Shown here: one piece after another, positions 41,756 through 51,283 of the stretch
Numbering within the stretch: position 1 is the stretch's first letter
Layout: every line of letters begins with the position of its first letter
DNA from: an uncultured bacterium
Lineage (GTDB): Bacteria; Zixibacteria; MSB-5A5; JAABVY01; JAHJOQ01
DNA: 64,000 nucleotides
NCBI GenBank assembly: GCA_965369655.1
Contig: CBDUQR010000003.1
Span: 1-64,000, forward strand
Direction of reading: 5' to 3'
Program-made: the position numbers and the translations under genes
Notes under the pieces: generated by a model
Databases searched by the model: none
Told to the model about the DNA's origin: nothing
The model's input: only the letters and a program-made list of their open reading frames with translations

Positions 41756-42185
41756 ATGAAGAACTTCAGGAAGAAGCTTGACGCAAAGGGCTTCACCCTC
41801 ATCGAGTTGGTAATCATCATCGTGGTTCTCGGCATTCTCGCCGCAGTGGCCATTCCCGAAGTATCAAAACATTGCGTCCGAAGCGAGGGAATCATCCTGC
41901 AAGGGTTCGCTTGGCTCGCTCCGCAGCGCAGTATCGATCTGGTATGCCAAAGAAGCCGCCAGTGGTGTTGCCAATCCGACCTATCCACCAATCGATTCGC
42001 TGAGAAAGATCGGAGTCGTGATGGACAAGAGCATACCATCGAATCCTTATCAGACGAATGCCGGAGACTATATCGTGGTCGGTAAGACCAAGGGTAAGAT
42101 CGTTGGAAAGAAAGGCGGCTGGGCCTACAAAGAGAGTACTGGTGAAATCTGGCCCAATACCAGCGGCTCCGGAGAGAACAATTAG
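41756..42185 (+). pseudogene. Major type IV pilin (MshA-like) with a +1 frameshift at ~41855
   Basis: KGFTLIELVIIIVVLGILAAVAIP, then the +1 frame reads KYQNIASEARESSCKGSLGSLRSAVSIWY...GGWAY..TGEIWPNT..GENN*. Confidence 0.85.
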
Positions 42186-42210
42186 TAAGTCAAACTCGAG
42201 GATTTTCAAT

Positions 42211-42651
42211 ATGTTTCGGCAGTGCAGCGGTTTCACGCTAATAGAGTTGGTTATTATTATCGTGGTGCTTGCTATTCTGGCTGCAGTTGGAATACCAAGC
42301 ATCGGCGGGATGATTGCCGCATCTAAGGTGAACGCGACGAAGTCCGAGATGTTGGAACTGAAAAAAGCTATTGTCGGGAGCCCAAGTATGGTCGCCGGTG
42401 GGACCATCACCAGCAAAGGCTTCGAGTATGATGTGGGTTTCGCCCCATCCAGGCTCGAGGATCTCGTGTCGAAACCGGGCTCCGTCCAGGTCTGGAATCG
42501 AATCACCGAGATCGGCTGGCATGGACCCTATATCGATGCATCAGACGGCGACTATATCACCGACGCGTGGGGATCGACCTACGCTTACAGCAATGTTTCC
42601 AGGACGATAATGAGTGTCAACTCAGACGACACCATATCCGTGAGTTTCTAG
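42211..42651 (+). CDS. Minor pilin / GspG-like pseudopilin
   Basis: GFTLIEL prepilin motif, PSRLEDL, W.GPY, DAWG..Y.Y. Confidence 0.88.
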   Translation: MFRQCSGFTLIELVIIIVVLAILAAVGIPSIGGMIAASKVNATKSEMLELKKAIVGSPSMVAGGTITSKGFEYDVGFAPSRLEDLVSKPGSVQVWNRITEIGWHGPYIDASDGDYITDAWGSTYAYSNVSRTIMSVNSDDTISVSF

Positions 42652-42785
42652 TGTCCCAGGAATCCATTCACAATAAAAAGCGGCAAATTAAATCGTGGCA
42701 TGGGCATCTTGCCCATGATTCACGGGCAGGATGCCCGTGCTACTACAAAAGAATATATGAACATATATCCAGGACACGACACTAG
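42648..42785. repeat. REP/MITE-like element, copy 1
   Basis: CTAGTGTCCCAGGA...TCCAGGACACGACACTAG ends, internal GGCATGGGCATCTTGCCCATG / CACGGGCAGGATGCCCGTGCTAC palindromes, near-identical to 43939-44080. Confidence 0.9.
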
Positions 42786-42786
42786 T

Positions 42787-43941
42787 ATGTTAAGAAAATT
42801 GTCCGGCGGTAGCGGCTTCACGCTGATGGAACTCGTGGCTGTGATCGTTATAATGGGCATCATCGCGGCAGTTGCCATGCGTTCGATCGGCAGCACACTG
42901 GAAACGGCGCGGGTCAATAATACGAAGCGGGAAATGGAGCAACTCCTCTTCGCGATATCGGGTAACCCGGGGCTTTACTCCAATGGCATGAGAACCGACT
43001 TTGGCTATGTAGGCGATGTAGGCTCATTGCCGTCGAGTCTCACAGATCTTGTAACGGATCCGGGCTATTCGACGTGGAACGGACCGTATGTTTCAAGCGA
43101 TTTCAGCGAAGCGGGCGATGAATACAAACGCGATGCCTGGGACGACCTGTACACGTACAATAGCACATCGATTCAATCTAACGGCGGGGGCGGAGGAACG
43201 CTGACAAGGCCGATATGCTCCTCCACATCCGAGTTGACATCGAACAGCGTATCGGGCGCTGTCACTGATGCTGCCGGCAATCCGCCGGGCGACAGTTCGT
43301 CGGCTGTATCAGTAATACTCACGTTCCCGGACGGGTCAGGCGGCACCACTAATTCTTCAATCACTGTTTCGTCGGGAGGATCGTTTTCGTTTTCGAATAG
43401 CATTCCCATCGGGAATCATATGATCCGGTCGGTCTACTCCGCTACAAGTGATACTGTTACAGCATATGTGTCTGTAATGCCTAACAGCGAATCATTTGCC
43501 AGCATGAGGTTCCCAGGCGCGCTCTGGGCGGCCTCAGGTGGTGGCGGTGGAAGCGGGGGGCTCGAATATGTTACCGGCTCGGCATCATGTCCCGGAGCTC
43601 AGAACGATGAAGTTCAATTCAACATCCGCAACAGCGGCTCGACCAGTATAAGCGTGAGTTGGCTTGTTGCAACATACAGTCACACTCCCACATCCTATTT
43701 TCAGAAAGTGTGGTGGGGAAGCGATCAGGTATTCAATTCTCCAAATCCGAGAGCCGCATCCGGAGATATGATCTCCTTCAATTCCAATAAATCAATCGGA
43801 GCATCGTCGACTGAGACAATCAGGCTTGAGATGTTCAGGGATTCCCAATCCGGCGGAGGATCCTCAGTCGACATGACGAATACCGACTTCACGATTACAT
43901 TCAGCGACGGCTCTGTCATAACATTCAACTCCGGAACATAG
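42787..43941 (+). CDS. Large minor pilin/pseudopilin with Ser/Gly-rich beta domains
   Basis: GFTLMEL, WNGPY, DAW, followed by Ig-like extensions. Confidence 0.85.
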   Translation: MLRKLSGGSGFTLMELVAVIVIMGIIAAVAMRSIGSTLETARVNNTKREMEQLLFAISGNPGLYSNGMRTDFGYVGDVGSLPSSLTDLVTDPGYSTWNGPYVSSDFSEAGDEYKRDAWDDLYTYNSTSIQSNGGGGGTLTRPICSSTSELTSNSVSGAVTDAAGNPPGDSSSAVSVILTFPDGSGGTTNSSITVSSGGSFSFSNSIPIGNHMIRSVYSATSDTVTAYVSVMPNSESFASMRFPGALWAASGGGGGSGGLEYVTGSASCPGAQNDEVQFNIRNSGSTSISVSWLVATYSHTPTSYFQKVWWGSDQVFNSPNPRAASGDMISFNSNKSIGASSTETIRLEMFRDSQSGGGSSVDMTNTDFTITFSDGSVITFNSGT

Positions 43942-44080
43942 TATCATGTCCCAGGAATCCATTCACAATAAAAAGCGGCATATTAAATCGTGGCATGGGC
44001 ATCTTGCCCATGATTCACGGGCAGGATGCCCATGCTACTATAAAAGAATATATGAACATATATCCGGGACACGACAATAG
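43939..44080. repeat. REP/MITE-like element, copy 2 (direct orientation)
   Basis: Near-identical to 42648-42785. Confidence 0.9.
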
Positions 44081-44081
44081 G

Positions 44082-45707
44082 ATGCATCCCGAAATAGCGC
44101 CATCGAATCCTGTCGAAGCAGAGATCCAGCGGAACGACGACCTTACCGGTATGCCCAAAGCTGATTGTCCCATGCTTTTCGTTATTGAACTCGGCGAGGA
44201 GAGTCTCTCGTGGACAATCGTCTCGCGCAGCAGGAAAAAGAACCGACCGATGCATCGGGGAGGGGTCGAACTCGGGTACGGTGATATCGATAGCCTCAGC
44301 CAATGGTTCGAGCATTTCTGGGATGCTGCGGGAGACTACGACCACGAAATACATCTGGTAGTGACAGGACCAGAGACACTCGAACGTACTTTTGTAATCC
44401 CTGCCGTCCCGAAATCCGAGTTGGCCGTAGTCGTGAAGAGTCAGGCTAAGAAGGTTTATCCGCTAAATATCGAAAAAGGCCTTTTCGGGTGGAAGGTAAT
44501 AGGCAAAGTAGAGAGAGCTACCGGAGAGAAATACCAGATATATTCGCTGCTGCTGGGCGACCACTGGTATGACTGGCTGAAGAAGATTTTTGGAACATGC
44601 ATGAACTGCGTAACTCTTATCACATCAAGCGGCCAGCAGTTCGAGACTCTTCTGAACGAGACCGAATCGAAGTTCAAATCAGAGGATTCTTATCTGATCA
44701 GACTGAAATCCAATGTTGTAGAGACAGGATTCTTCCATAACGGATATCTCGAATTCTTCCGTGAGGTCCCGGTTGACAGCCTTTCAGACGACGGAACGGT
44801 AGCCGAACTCAGGCGAATCGTAGGAATCGAAGAACAGGCGGCGGAAGATTCTGAGCCGGATCGCGACCTGGTAGTGAACGAACTGAGATCGATTATTGTT
44901 GATGCACTCGACTACTACCAGGGTCAGTTCGGACAACGCAGAATCAACTCGGCGTATCTCTGTATGCCGGGCATATTCTCCGATCCTGTGACAGATTTTG
45001 TGCAGTCGACGTTCGGAACAGATGTGGTCAACCTGTGCGACAAAGAGAGGGTGGCTGCCCACTGTAAGCTGGCTGGAGTAGAGACGGCATCTTATTCATA
45101 TTCGTCGTGGGCAACGACGTTTCCGAAAAGAAAGATCGGCCGCAACCTGCTGAATCTCGTTCCGGAAACAATCAAGAGCAGAAAGAAAGAGATCGGCCGT
45201 TTTCGCTGTAGTTGGATGGGACTCGCACTGGTACTGATTACGATCTCCGTGCTTTCCGGTGTGAAGATGGTCACGACTAATTCTATCAACGAGAGGTTGC
45301 TTGAATACCGAGCAATGATCGCCGACGTGGAGTCGTCACCAACTCTCTCCACGCTGACAGAACGCAAGATGTGGATCGACGAACTGACGGAGAGTTATTC
45401 ACAGATTTACAGCGAATCCCGTTCGAGTTTCAAAGCTCCGCTTCAAATTCTTTCGCATCAAAGCGCTGATGTCGTGCGATTGAACTCAGTGACTATTGAT
45501 TACGGTTCCTCCGGTGAATCTACGGTGGAAATCGAGGGCGAGGTGATCGGCGCTGTTGATCGTCAGGAAGCGGTTCTCTACATGTACTTGTCAAATATCG
45601 AGAACCATCCGGCGGTACGGGAGTTCGAGTTGACGAGCAAGGGGACTTCCACCCAGTTTGGAGTGAAAAAGACGAGTTTCAGTCTCAGATTGGTGGTACG
45701 GTCTTGA
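44082..45707 (+). CDS. PilM/PilN-like fusion (alignment complex)
   Basis: Actin-like N-terminus (ALDYY..QF), LNLVP motif, TM helix, PilN-like C-terminus. Position before pilO. Start uncertain (44082 or 44151). Confidence 0.65.
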   Translation: MHPEIAPSNPVEAEIQRNDDLTGMPKADCPMLFVIELGEESLSWTIVSRSRKKNRPMHRGGVELGYGDIDSLSQWFEHFWDAAGDYDHEIHLVVTGPETLERTFVIPAVPKSELAVVVKSQAKKVYPLNIEKGLFGWKVIGKVERATGEKYQIYSLLLGDHWYDWLKKIFGTCMNCVTLITSSGQQFETLLNETESKFKSEDSYLIRLKSNVVETGFFHNGYLEFFREVPVDSLSDDGTVAELRRIVGIEEQAAEDSEPDRDLVVNELRSIIVDALDYYQGQFGQRRINSAYLCMPGIFSDPVTDFVQSTFGTDVVNLCDKERVAAHCKLAGVETASYSYSSWATTFPKRKIGRNLLNLVPETIKSRKKEIGRFRCSWMGLALVLITISVLSGVKMVTTNSINERLLEYRAMIADVESSPTLSTLTERKMWIDELTESYSQIYSESRSSFKAPLQILSHQSADVVRLNSVTIDYGSSGESTVEIEGEVIGAVDRQEAVLYMYLSNIENHPAVREFELTSKGTSTQFGVKKTSFSLRLVVRS

Positions 45708-46285
45708 TCCAACAGATAGTTAAACACAGGGTTGTGCTGACGATAGCTTTGTCGGTCGCTGTTGTCGTAACGTGGTTTTTCCTATTGTATTATCCTCAGA
45801 CAGGCAGAGAATGTGCGCTGATCGAAGAACGTGAGTCGATTATCAGGAAGCTCGACCTGGCGAGCATGCGACTTCATGAAGCCCGGACGGTGACGTCTAG
45901 TCTAAGCGATATTGAATCCAAGTGGGACCAGTTGCGATCCAGCCTCGTTCATCCAGACAGCGTGGAAACAATCATAAAGAAAATCCGGACTATCGCCTCC
46001 AAACAGAACCTGAAGTTGCTATCCGTTGACCTCAATTTTGATCCGCTCCTAGATAAGATTGGGGGCGAGGACCTGATGCTTTCTATCAACAGGGTGCGGC
46101 TCGATGTGGAAGGCAAGGGCCGCTTTTTCGATATTGGCGATTTCATTGGAGTCCTCGAAGAGGAAGTGCTGGTCGCGGGCATAGACAAGCTGGAGCTCGC
46201 TTATCAGGAACTGATCAATCCCAGGATATATTTCTCGCTCGAACTCGAGGTCTTCATATTGTCGGAAGAAGGAGAAACGAATTGA
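45704..46285 (+). CDS. PilO/GspM-like protein
   Basis: N-terminal TM helix, coiled coil, G.F.DIG.FI..LE motif. Confidence 0.75.
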   Translation: MIQQIVKHRVVLTIALSVAVVVTWFFLLYYPQTGRECALIEERESIIRKLDLASMRLHEARTVTSSLSDIESKWDQLRSSLVHPDSVETIIKKIRTIASKQNLKLLSVDLNFDPLLDKIGGEDLMLSINRVRLDVEGKGRFFDIGDFIGVLEEEVLVAGIDKLELAYQELINPRIYFSLELEVFILSEEGETN

Positions 46286-46752
46286 TGTCTGATAAGCGCA
46301 GAAAAATCATTGTATTCTCGATCCTGGCCATTGCCATAGTCTGGGGAATCTGGAACAACCCGCTGTCGTCGAAAAAAGAGACGAGGCAGTCGGAGGAGCA
46401 GCCTGCGGTTCGGGGTGAAGCGGACATACCGGATGCCAGTGAACCGGCCATGAATGCGGCGGCTGCGCCTGACAGGTCGGAAGAGAGCATGCTTGACGGA
46501 TGGAAAGGCGATCCATTCAGGAGAAAGATCGTCTCTCGGACGGTTGCTGCGCCTGCACGGATTAACAAAGATGAGACATTGAAGCTGTCGGCAATATCAA
46601 CTCAGGGGAGCAATTCGATGGCGATAATAAACGGCAAGGTCCTGAGCAGGGACGGCGTTATCGATGGCTGGGCGGTAGCTGAGATCGACGCCGAGTCTGT
46701 GCTGCTCGTGAAAGGATCGAGGAATCTCAAGTTGAATCTGAAGCGGAGATGA
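46285..46752 (+). CDS. PilP/MshK-like accessory protein
   Basis: TM helix, W..DPF, LKLSAI....AIING. Confidence 0.6.
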   Translation: MSDKRRKIIVFSILAIAIVWGIWNNPLSSKKETRQSEEQPAVRGEADIPDASEPAMNAAAAPDRSEESMLDGWKGDPFRRKIVSRTVAAPARINKDETLKLSAISTQGSNSMAIINGKVLSRDGVIDGWAVAEIDAESVLLVKGSRNLKLNLKRR

Positions 46753-48032
46753 ATATGAAACAGTTTGGATTGTGGAATATACTTGTGCCAGCCACCCTGA
46801 TCTTGATCTATTCCTGGGCCGGTGTTGCCTTGGGCATCGATCGGGCCGAGATGGATCAGACGCGAGTCAGCGTGACGATTGAGGAAGGGGCTGTCGTCGA
46901 CATTCTGAAATTGCTTGCTATGCAAAACAATTTCAATCTGTCGGTTTCGAGTCAGGTCGAGGACTTTGTGACAATTTCGCTAACCGATGTATCTCTGACG
47001 GATGCGCTGGATGTCATCACTTCGGCAGTTGCGGCGTCATGGTATATCGCAGGCAGCGTAGTTGTCGTGAAGCCTCTGGGACAGATGGACCTGCGCGAGT
47101 TCGAGACAAAAATCATCAGGCTGCAACACATACCGGCTGACGCGGCAAAGACAATTATCACTCCAGTGATTCCCCAGGGTGGGGCGGTGGAGGTCCTGTC
47201 TCGCCGAGGTGAGTCCAGTTCGCGCGGCTGGGACGAGTTTATCGAGATTCGCACGTATGCGGCAGCGATGGAAGAAGCTGAACGACTCATTGAGCAGATC
47301 GATGTAGAGAGGCCTATGGTCGAAATCGAAGTCAGGATCATCGAGACCACAGTGCGTGACGAGAGCAAACTCGGTCTCGATTTCCCGGAGAACTACTCGG
47401 TCAGGTTTGGTGACCTCGATGATGACGAACTCGAACTGGAGGGTCTTGTCACGCGATCCTTCGAGACCGGAAGTGTGACGTGGGGGCGCATGACAGCTCA
47501 GGACGTGACGCTGTATCTCGACCTGCTCATCAGAAATGGCAACTCGAAACTGATCTCGAATCCGAGGGTGACTACACTGTCGAACCAGGAGGCGGAGATC
47601 GAGGTCTCTACCACGATTCCGGTCGAGACCCTGAACAGATTCTCAGAAGCGGGCGTCGTGCAGGATATCGTGTCGTTCCAGGATCTCGATGTCAGCATCA
47701 AACTCAAGGTTACGCCGCGCGTCAGCGATGATTCAACCATTACGCTCGATGTGGCATCGGTGGTTGAAGAAATAGCGGGCTACACCGGTCCTGCAGACAA
47801 TCAGCGCCCGATAACATCGCGAAGATCGGTGACATCGTCCGTGACAATTAAGTCTGGCGAATCGCTCGGGCTTGGTGGTCTAATGAAAGAGGTTGAACAC
47901 AAAACAATAAGTAAGATTCCGATCCTTGGATCGATTCCGGTTATCGGCAGGATTTTCCAGCATCACAGCACGACAACAGAGAAGACCGACCTGACGATAC
48001 TGATCACACCGCGCATTTTGGGCGAAAGCTAA
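46749..48032 (+). CDS. Secretin (PilQ/GspD family)
   Basis: V.IEVRIIE, SNPRVTTLSNQEA.I, L.VTPR, LGGL, KIPILGSIPVIGRIF, ILITPRI. Confidence 0.92.
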   Translation: MNMKQFGLWNILVPATLILIYSWAGVALGIDRAEMDQTRVSVTIEEGAVVDILKLLAMQNNFNLSVSSQVEDFVTISLTDVSLTDALDVITSAVAASWYIAGSVVVVKPLGQMDLREFETKIIRLQHIPADAAKTIITPVIPQGGAVEVLSRRGESSSRGWDEFIEIRTYAAAMEEAERLIEQIDVERPMVEIEVRIIETTVRDESKLGLDFPENYSVRFGDLDDDELELEGLVTRSFETGSVTWGRMTAQDVTLYLDLLIRNGNSKLISNPRVTTLSNQEAEIEVSTTIPVETLNRFSEAGVVQDIVSFQDLDVSIKLKVTPRVSDDSTITLDVASVVEEIAGYTGPADNQRPITSRRSVTSSVTIKSGESLGLGGLMKEVEHKTISKIPILGSIPVIGRIFQHHSTTTEKTDLTILITPRILGES

Positions 48033-48086
48033 GTACTATTGTATGTCACGCTTGATGGGGCGTGACGCCTCAAACTCGTCTGGCTC

Positions 48087-48118
48087 GTGCGCGGCAGATG
48101 TGGACATCTGCCGCGCAC
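48087..48118. terminator. Perfect 15-bp inverted repeat between convergent genes (terminator/REP)
   Basis: GTGCGCGGCAGATGT-GG-ACATCTGCCGCGCAC. Arm resembles GTGGGCGGCAGAC at 53391 and 54375. Confidence 0.65.
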
Positions 48119-48165
48119 AAACAACCGCTGAGTCGCTCAAGTTATGTTTGTCCTGGGATTGTAGC

Positions 48166-49140
48166 TCACTTATTGTACCTGCGGAATATAGGCGAATCGT
48201 CAGACCAGCCTTTCCATTTGAAAAAGGGTCCCGCCAAGTAGGTCAACGACTCGAGTTCACCTGATTTGAGAAACACAAGCTGCCACTTTGCTACCTCTAT
48301 ATGCTCGACGTAGGTACATATTGTTACAGTGTCTCTCGTATCACCAATGGCGATGATAGGAGCATGAAAAGACATACTGTCTCTAAGTTGAGATCGGTCA
48401 AGCGCCCTCTTGAGGTAGTCATCACCTAATGCTCTGATATCTCCAACCAACGCTGAATCAAATGAAGCATTTGATACTAAGAGACGATGGTTGTAGATGT
48501 CATCTTTCTCCTGCCCCATTGCCCTGAGCCTCCGCCATGTGGGTGCATATGCAAGATCATCATATGAATGCAATATGTGCAGGGGGGATGTTCGATACTT
48601 GGCAACAAGAATGACCACTGAACGACATAACATGGAAATACCAGTAAGTGAATCAGAACTGGCAGCAACAAGCAGGTTGAAACTCTTTTCGGTGGTTGAT
48701 CCAATCTCGTCCGACAAGCAACATACATACTCTGATTCAGGCAAATATCCTACGAGTAAATGGCCTAACTCCCGGACTCGGTACCTTAGCAAACGAAAAG
48801 AGTTCTGTCCAAAACTATAAATCGACATAAGCCTGAATGATTCTTCGCTAAAGCCATTGTCTGCCAATATTGATCCTGAGTACTTCTCAGCGTAGGCAGA
48901 GATGCACGGAAAAAGTTGTTGAATGAACTCACTCCTAACACAGAGAGAAGATATTGAATGTTCGAGATCTAAGGAGTCGGGATGTGTGAAGTCAACTATC
49001 TTAGCCGTATCATCATAGCTGGGCCAGAACACTTGGATATCAATATCACAGGTCTGTGTTCCAGCACTCAAATGAAGCTCATCGCCTTGTCCACTCGAAA
49101 CAGCAATCAAACACATTAGAAAAACCAGTGTGTAAATCAT
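48166..49140 (-). CDS. Secreted hypothetical protein, AT-richer than neighbours
   Basis: 324-aa ORF with signal peptide and AAGGA RBS. No family recognised. Confidence 0.6.
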   Translation of the reverse strand: MIYTLVFLMCLIAVSSGQGDELHLSAGTQTCDIDIQVFWPSYDDTAKIVDFTHPDSLDLEHSISSLCVRSEFIQQLFPCISAYAEKYSGSILADNGFSEESFRLMSIYSFGQNSFRLLRYRVRELGHLLVGYLPESEYVCCLSDEIGSTTEKSFNLLVAASSDSLTGISMLCRSVVILVAKYRTSPLHILHSYDDLAYAPTWRRLRAMGQEKDDIYNHRLLVSNASFDSALVGDIRALGDDYLKRALDRSQLRDSMSFHAPIIAIGDTRDTVTICTYVEHIEVAKWQLVFLKSGELESLTYLAGPFFKWKGWSDDSPIFRRYNK

Positions 49141-49194
49141 AACATTCCTTCAAACGCCAAGGCGTTTGACCTACAAGAAAATGCCAATGTCAGC

Positions 49195-51180
49195 CTACTT
49201 CTTCCCTTTCAGATACTTATCAAACCATTTCAATATCCACTCAAGCCGAGCGATTCGTCTGTCTGGGCGGCCACCGCGTGAGAGGCCGTGCGGTTCGCCC
49301 GGGAATCGTACCATCTCGACCGGTCGTTTCAACATCTTGAGTGCGATGAACATCTGCTCACCCTGCTCGATCGGGCAGCGCAGGTCCTGTTCGGAGTGGA
49401 TCACAAGAAGCGGCGTCCTGCAGTTGCGGACATGTTTGATTGGCGACATCTCCCACCAGTCGTCCGTATCCGTGTATGGCGATCCTTTGATTTCGCGCGC
49501 AATATTGAAACCTATGTCGGATGATCCGTAGAATGAAATGAAATTCGACAACGATCTCTGTGTTACTGCCGCGCTGAAAAACTGCGTGTGAGTGACAATC
49601 CAGTTGGTCATGTAGCCGCCGTAACTTCCGCCCGTCACACCCATTTTCTTTGGGTCGATATATTTCATGTCAGCCATATATCGTGCCATCGACATGCAAT
49701 CCTCGTAATCGAGGCTGCCCCATTTGCTGACAATACACTCCGCGTGCTCCCGCCCGTAGCCCTGCCCGCCGCGCGGATTGCAGTAATATACGACATAGCC
49801 CTGAGCCGCAAGGTACTGCATCTCATGGAAAAAGCTGTAGCCGTACTGCACTCTCGGCCCGCCATGAATCTGCATGATCGACGGGTATTTTCTCTTCGGA
49901 TTGAAATTCGGCGGCATGAGTATCCATCCATGTATCGGGTAACCGTCGTGCCCGCGCACGATGATCTCTTTCGGCCTCCTGACATCGAGTTTTCTGAGAA
50001 TATCACGATTCAGACTGGTCAATTGCTTCGGCCTCGAACCGGCGGCGACTCCCGATACACAGACTTCCGCAGGCGCAGTCGGAGTCGCAATCACGGCTGC
50101 AATCGAATTCCCTCTGCCCGCCATCGATGCAGACTTGACATGGAGCTTGCCAGAGATCACTGTAGTGAAGTTCCGACCGCCCGCCGTCACCGAGCAGACA
50201 TGCGTCGCGCCGGAAGTTGAGATCATAAAGTACAACCGCTTGCCATCGGGTGACCAGTGCGGGCGCATCATGCCGAAACCCTCGCCGCTGTCGGAGATGG
50301 TCAAGTCAAAAGTCATTCGGTCGAGTTTCGGAGTCAGATCGGTTGCCGTTCCAACCGCAACGGGGACTTTCCAAACATGGTAGTTCGTCACTCCCCACGC
50401 ATCGTTCGGCTCATCGTGACCCACAAATGCTATGAACCTGGCGTCAGGTGAAACCGAGAGCGCCCAGGATGGTCCGTCAGGCTTGTTCAGTCTGCGTGGC
50501 TTCCCACCGCTGGTCGAGACGATAAAGATGTCGTCCTTCAGGCTGTCGCGATCAGAATCTCTCTGAGTGTTCGATATGAATGCGATGCGTCTACTGTCCG
50601 GGAACCACACCGGCGACCGCTCGCCGTTCCGCATGTTAACTATCCGTTTGCCTTTGCCGGTGTCGATGTCATAGAGATAGATATGCCCACGATCCTTAGG
50701 AAGGAATCCTGCGCCATCGAACTTGTAGAAAAGGCGCGTAATATGCCTGTAAACCGGCTCCTCTTTCTTGCCCTTCTTGTCTTTCGGCAGTTTATCCGCT
50801 TTGGCAAACACACAGAGGATTTTCCTGCTGTCAGGCGAAACAGAGATGTCCGAAAATGATCCGTCCGACTCGACAAGAAGCTTCGCTTCGCCCCCTGATG
50901 TCGGCATTCGATATATGCCCTTTTTCTCTCCTCGTTTTGAGAGGAACACTATCCATTCGCCGTCCGGTGAAAATACCGGCGCACTGTCGGACACTTCACC
51001 AAACGTGTATTGTTTCAGATCAGAGCCGTCGGTGTTGACAATGTAGATATGCGAGAAGTATTTCTTTTCGGACACAGTCGAAGCCGTAAACATGATCCTC
51101 GACTCATCCGGGGACATTGCAACACAGGTTACGAACTTGAGCTTTCGCAGGTCCTCTGCAGTGATCTTACTCTTTTTCAT
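49195..51180 (-). CDS. S9 family peptidase (acylaminoacyl/dipeptidyl peptidase)
   Basis: Beta-propeller (SPDG repeats), IHGGP, GGSYGG, DLRCP, GEPHG. Confidence 0.95.
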   Translation of the reverse strand: MKKSKITAEDLRKLKFVTCVAMSPDESRIMFTASTVSEKKYFSHIYIVNTDGSDLKQYTFGEVSDSAPVFSPDGEWIVFLSKRGEKKGIYRMPTSGGEAKLLVESDGSFSDISVSPDSRKILCVFAKADKLPKDKKGKKEEPVYRHITRLFYKFDGAGFLPKDRGHIYLYDIDTGKGKRIVNMRNGERSPVWFPDSRRIAFISNTQRDSDRDSLKDDIFIVSTSGGKPRRLNKPDGPSWALSVSPDARFIAFVGHDEPNDAWGVTNYHVWKVPVAVGTATDLTPKLDRMTFDLTISDSGEGFGMMRPHWSPDGKRLYFMISTSGATHVCSVTAGGRNFTTVISGKLHVKSASMAGRGNSIAAVIATPTAPAEVCVSGVAAGSRPKQLTSLNRDILRKLDVRRPKEIIVRGHDGYPIHGWILMPPNFNPKRKYPSIMQIHGGPRVQYGYSFFHEMQYLAAQGYVVYYCNPRGGQGYGREHAECIVSKWGSLDYEDCMSMARYMADMKYIDPKKMGVTGGSYGGYMTNWIVTHTQFFSAAVTQRSLSNFISFYGSSDIGFNIAREIKGSPYTDTDDWWEMSPIKHVRNCRTPLLVIHSEQDLRCPIEQGEQMFIALKMLKRPVEMVRFPGEPHGLSRGGRPDRRIARLEWILKWFDKYLKGKK

Positions 51181-51283
51181 CGGAGGACGCTCCTTGTGAG
51201 TTCGGGCTTAGGCATATCTTACAAACCTGCAGTGACAAAAGCAACGCTTGAACATTCATTCGTCTAAGCTCCGAGGCTGCTTT

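Noticed and set aside
42058-42210. N-terminal extension of ORF 42058-42651
   Set aside because: It overlaps the true 3' half of the frameshifted major pilin. The prepilin start at 42211 has its own GAGG RBS.
42700-44081. ORF starts at 42700 and 43995 (MGILPMIHGQDA...)
   Set aside because: Both lie inside the repeat element. ATGs at 42787 and 44082 or later are more plausible.
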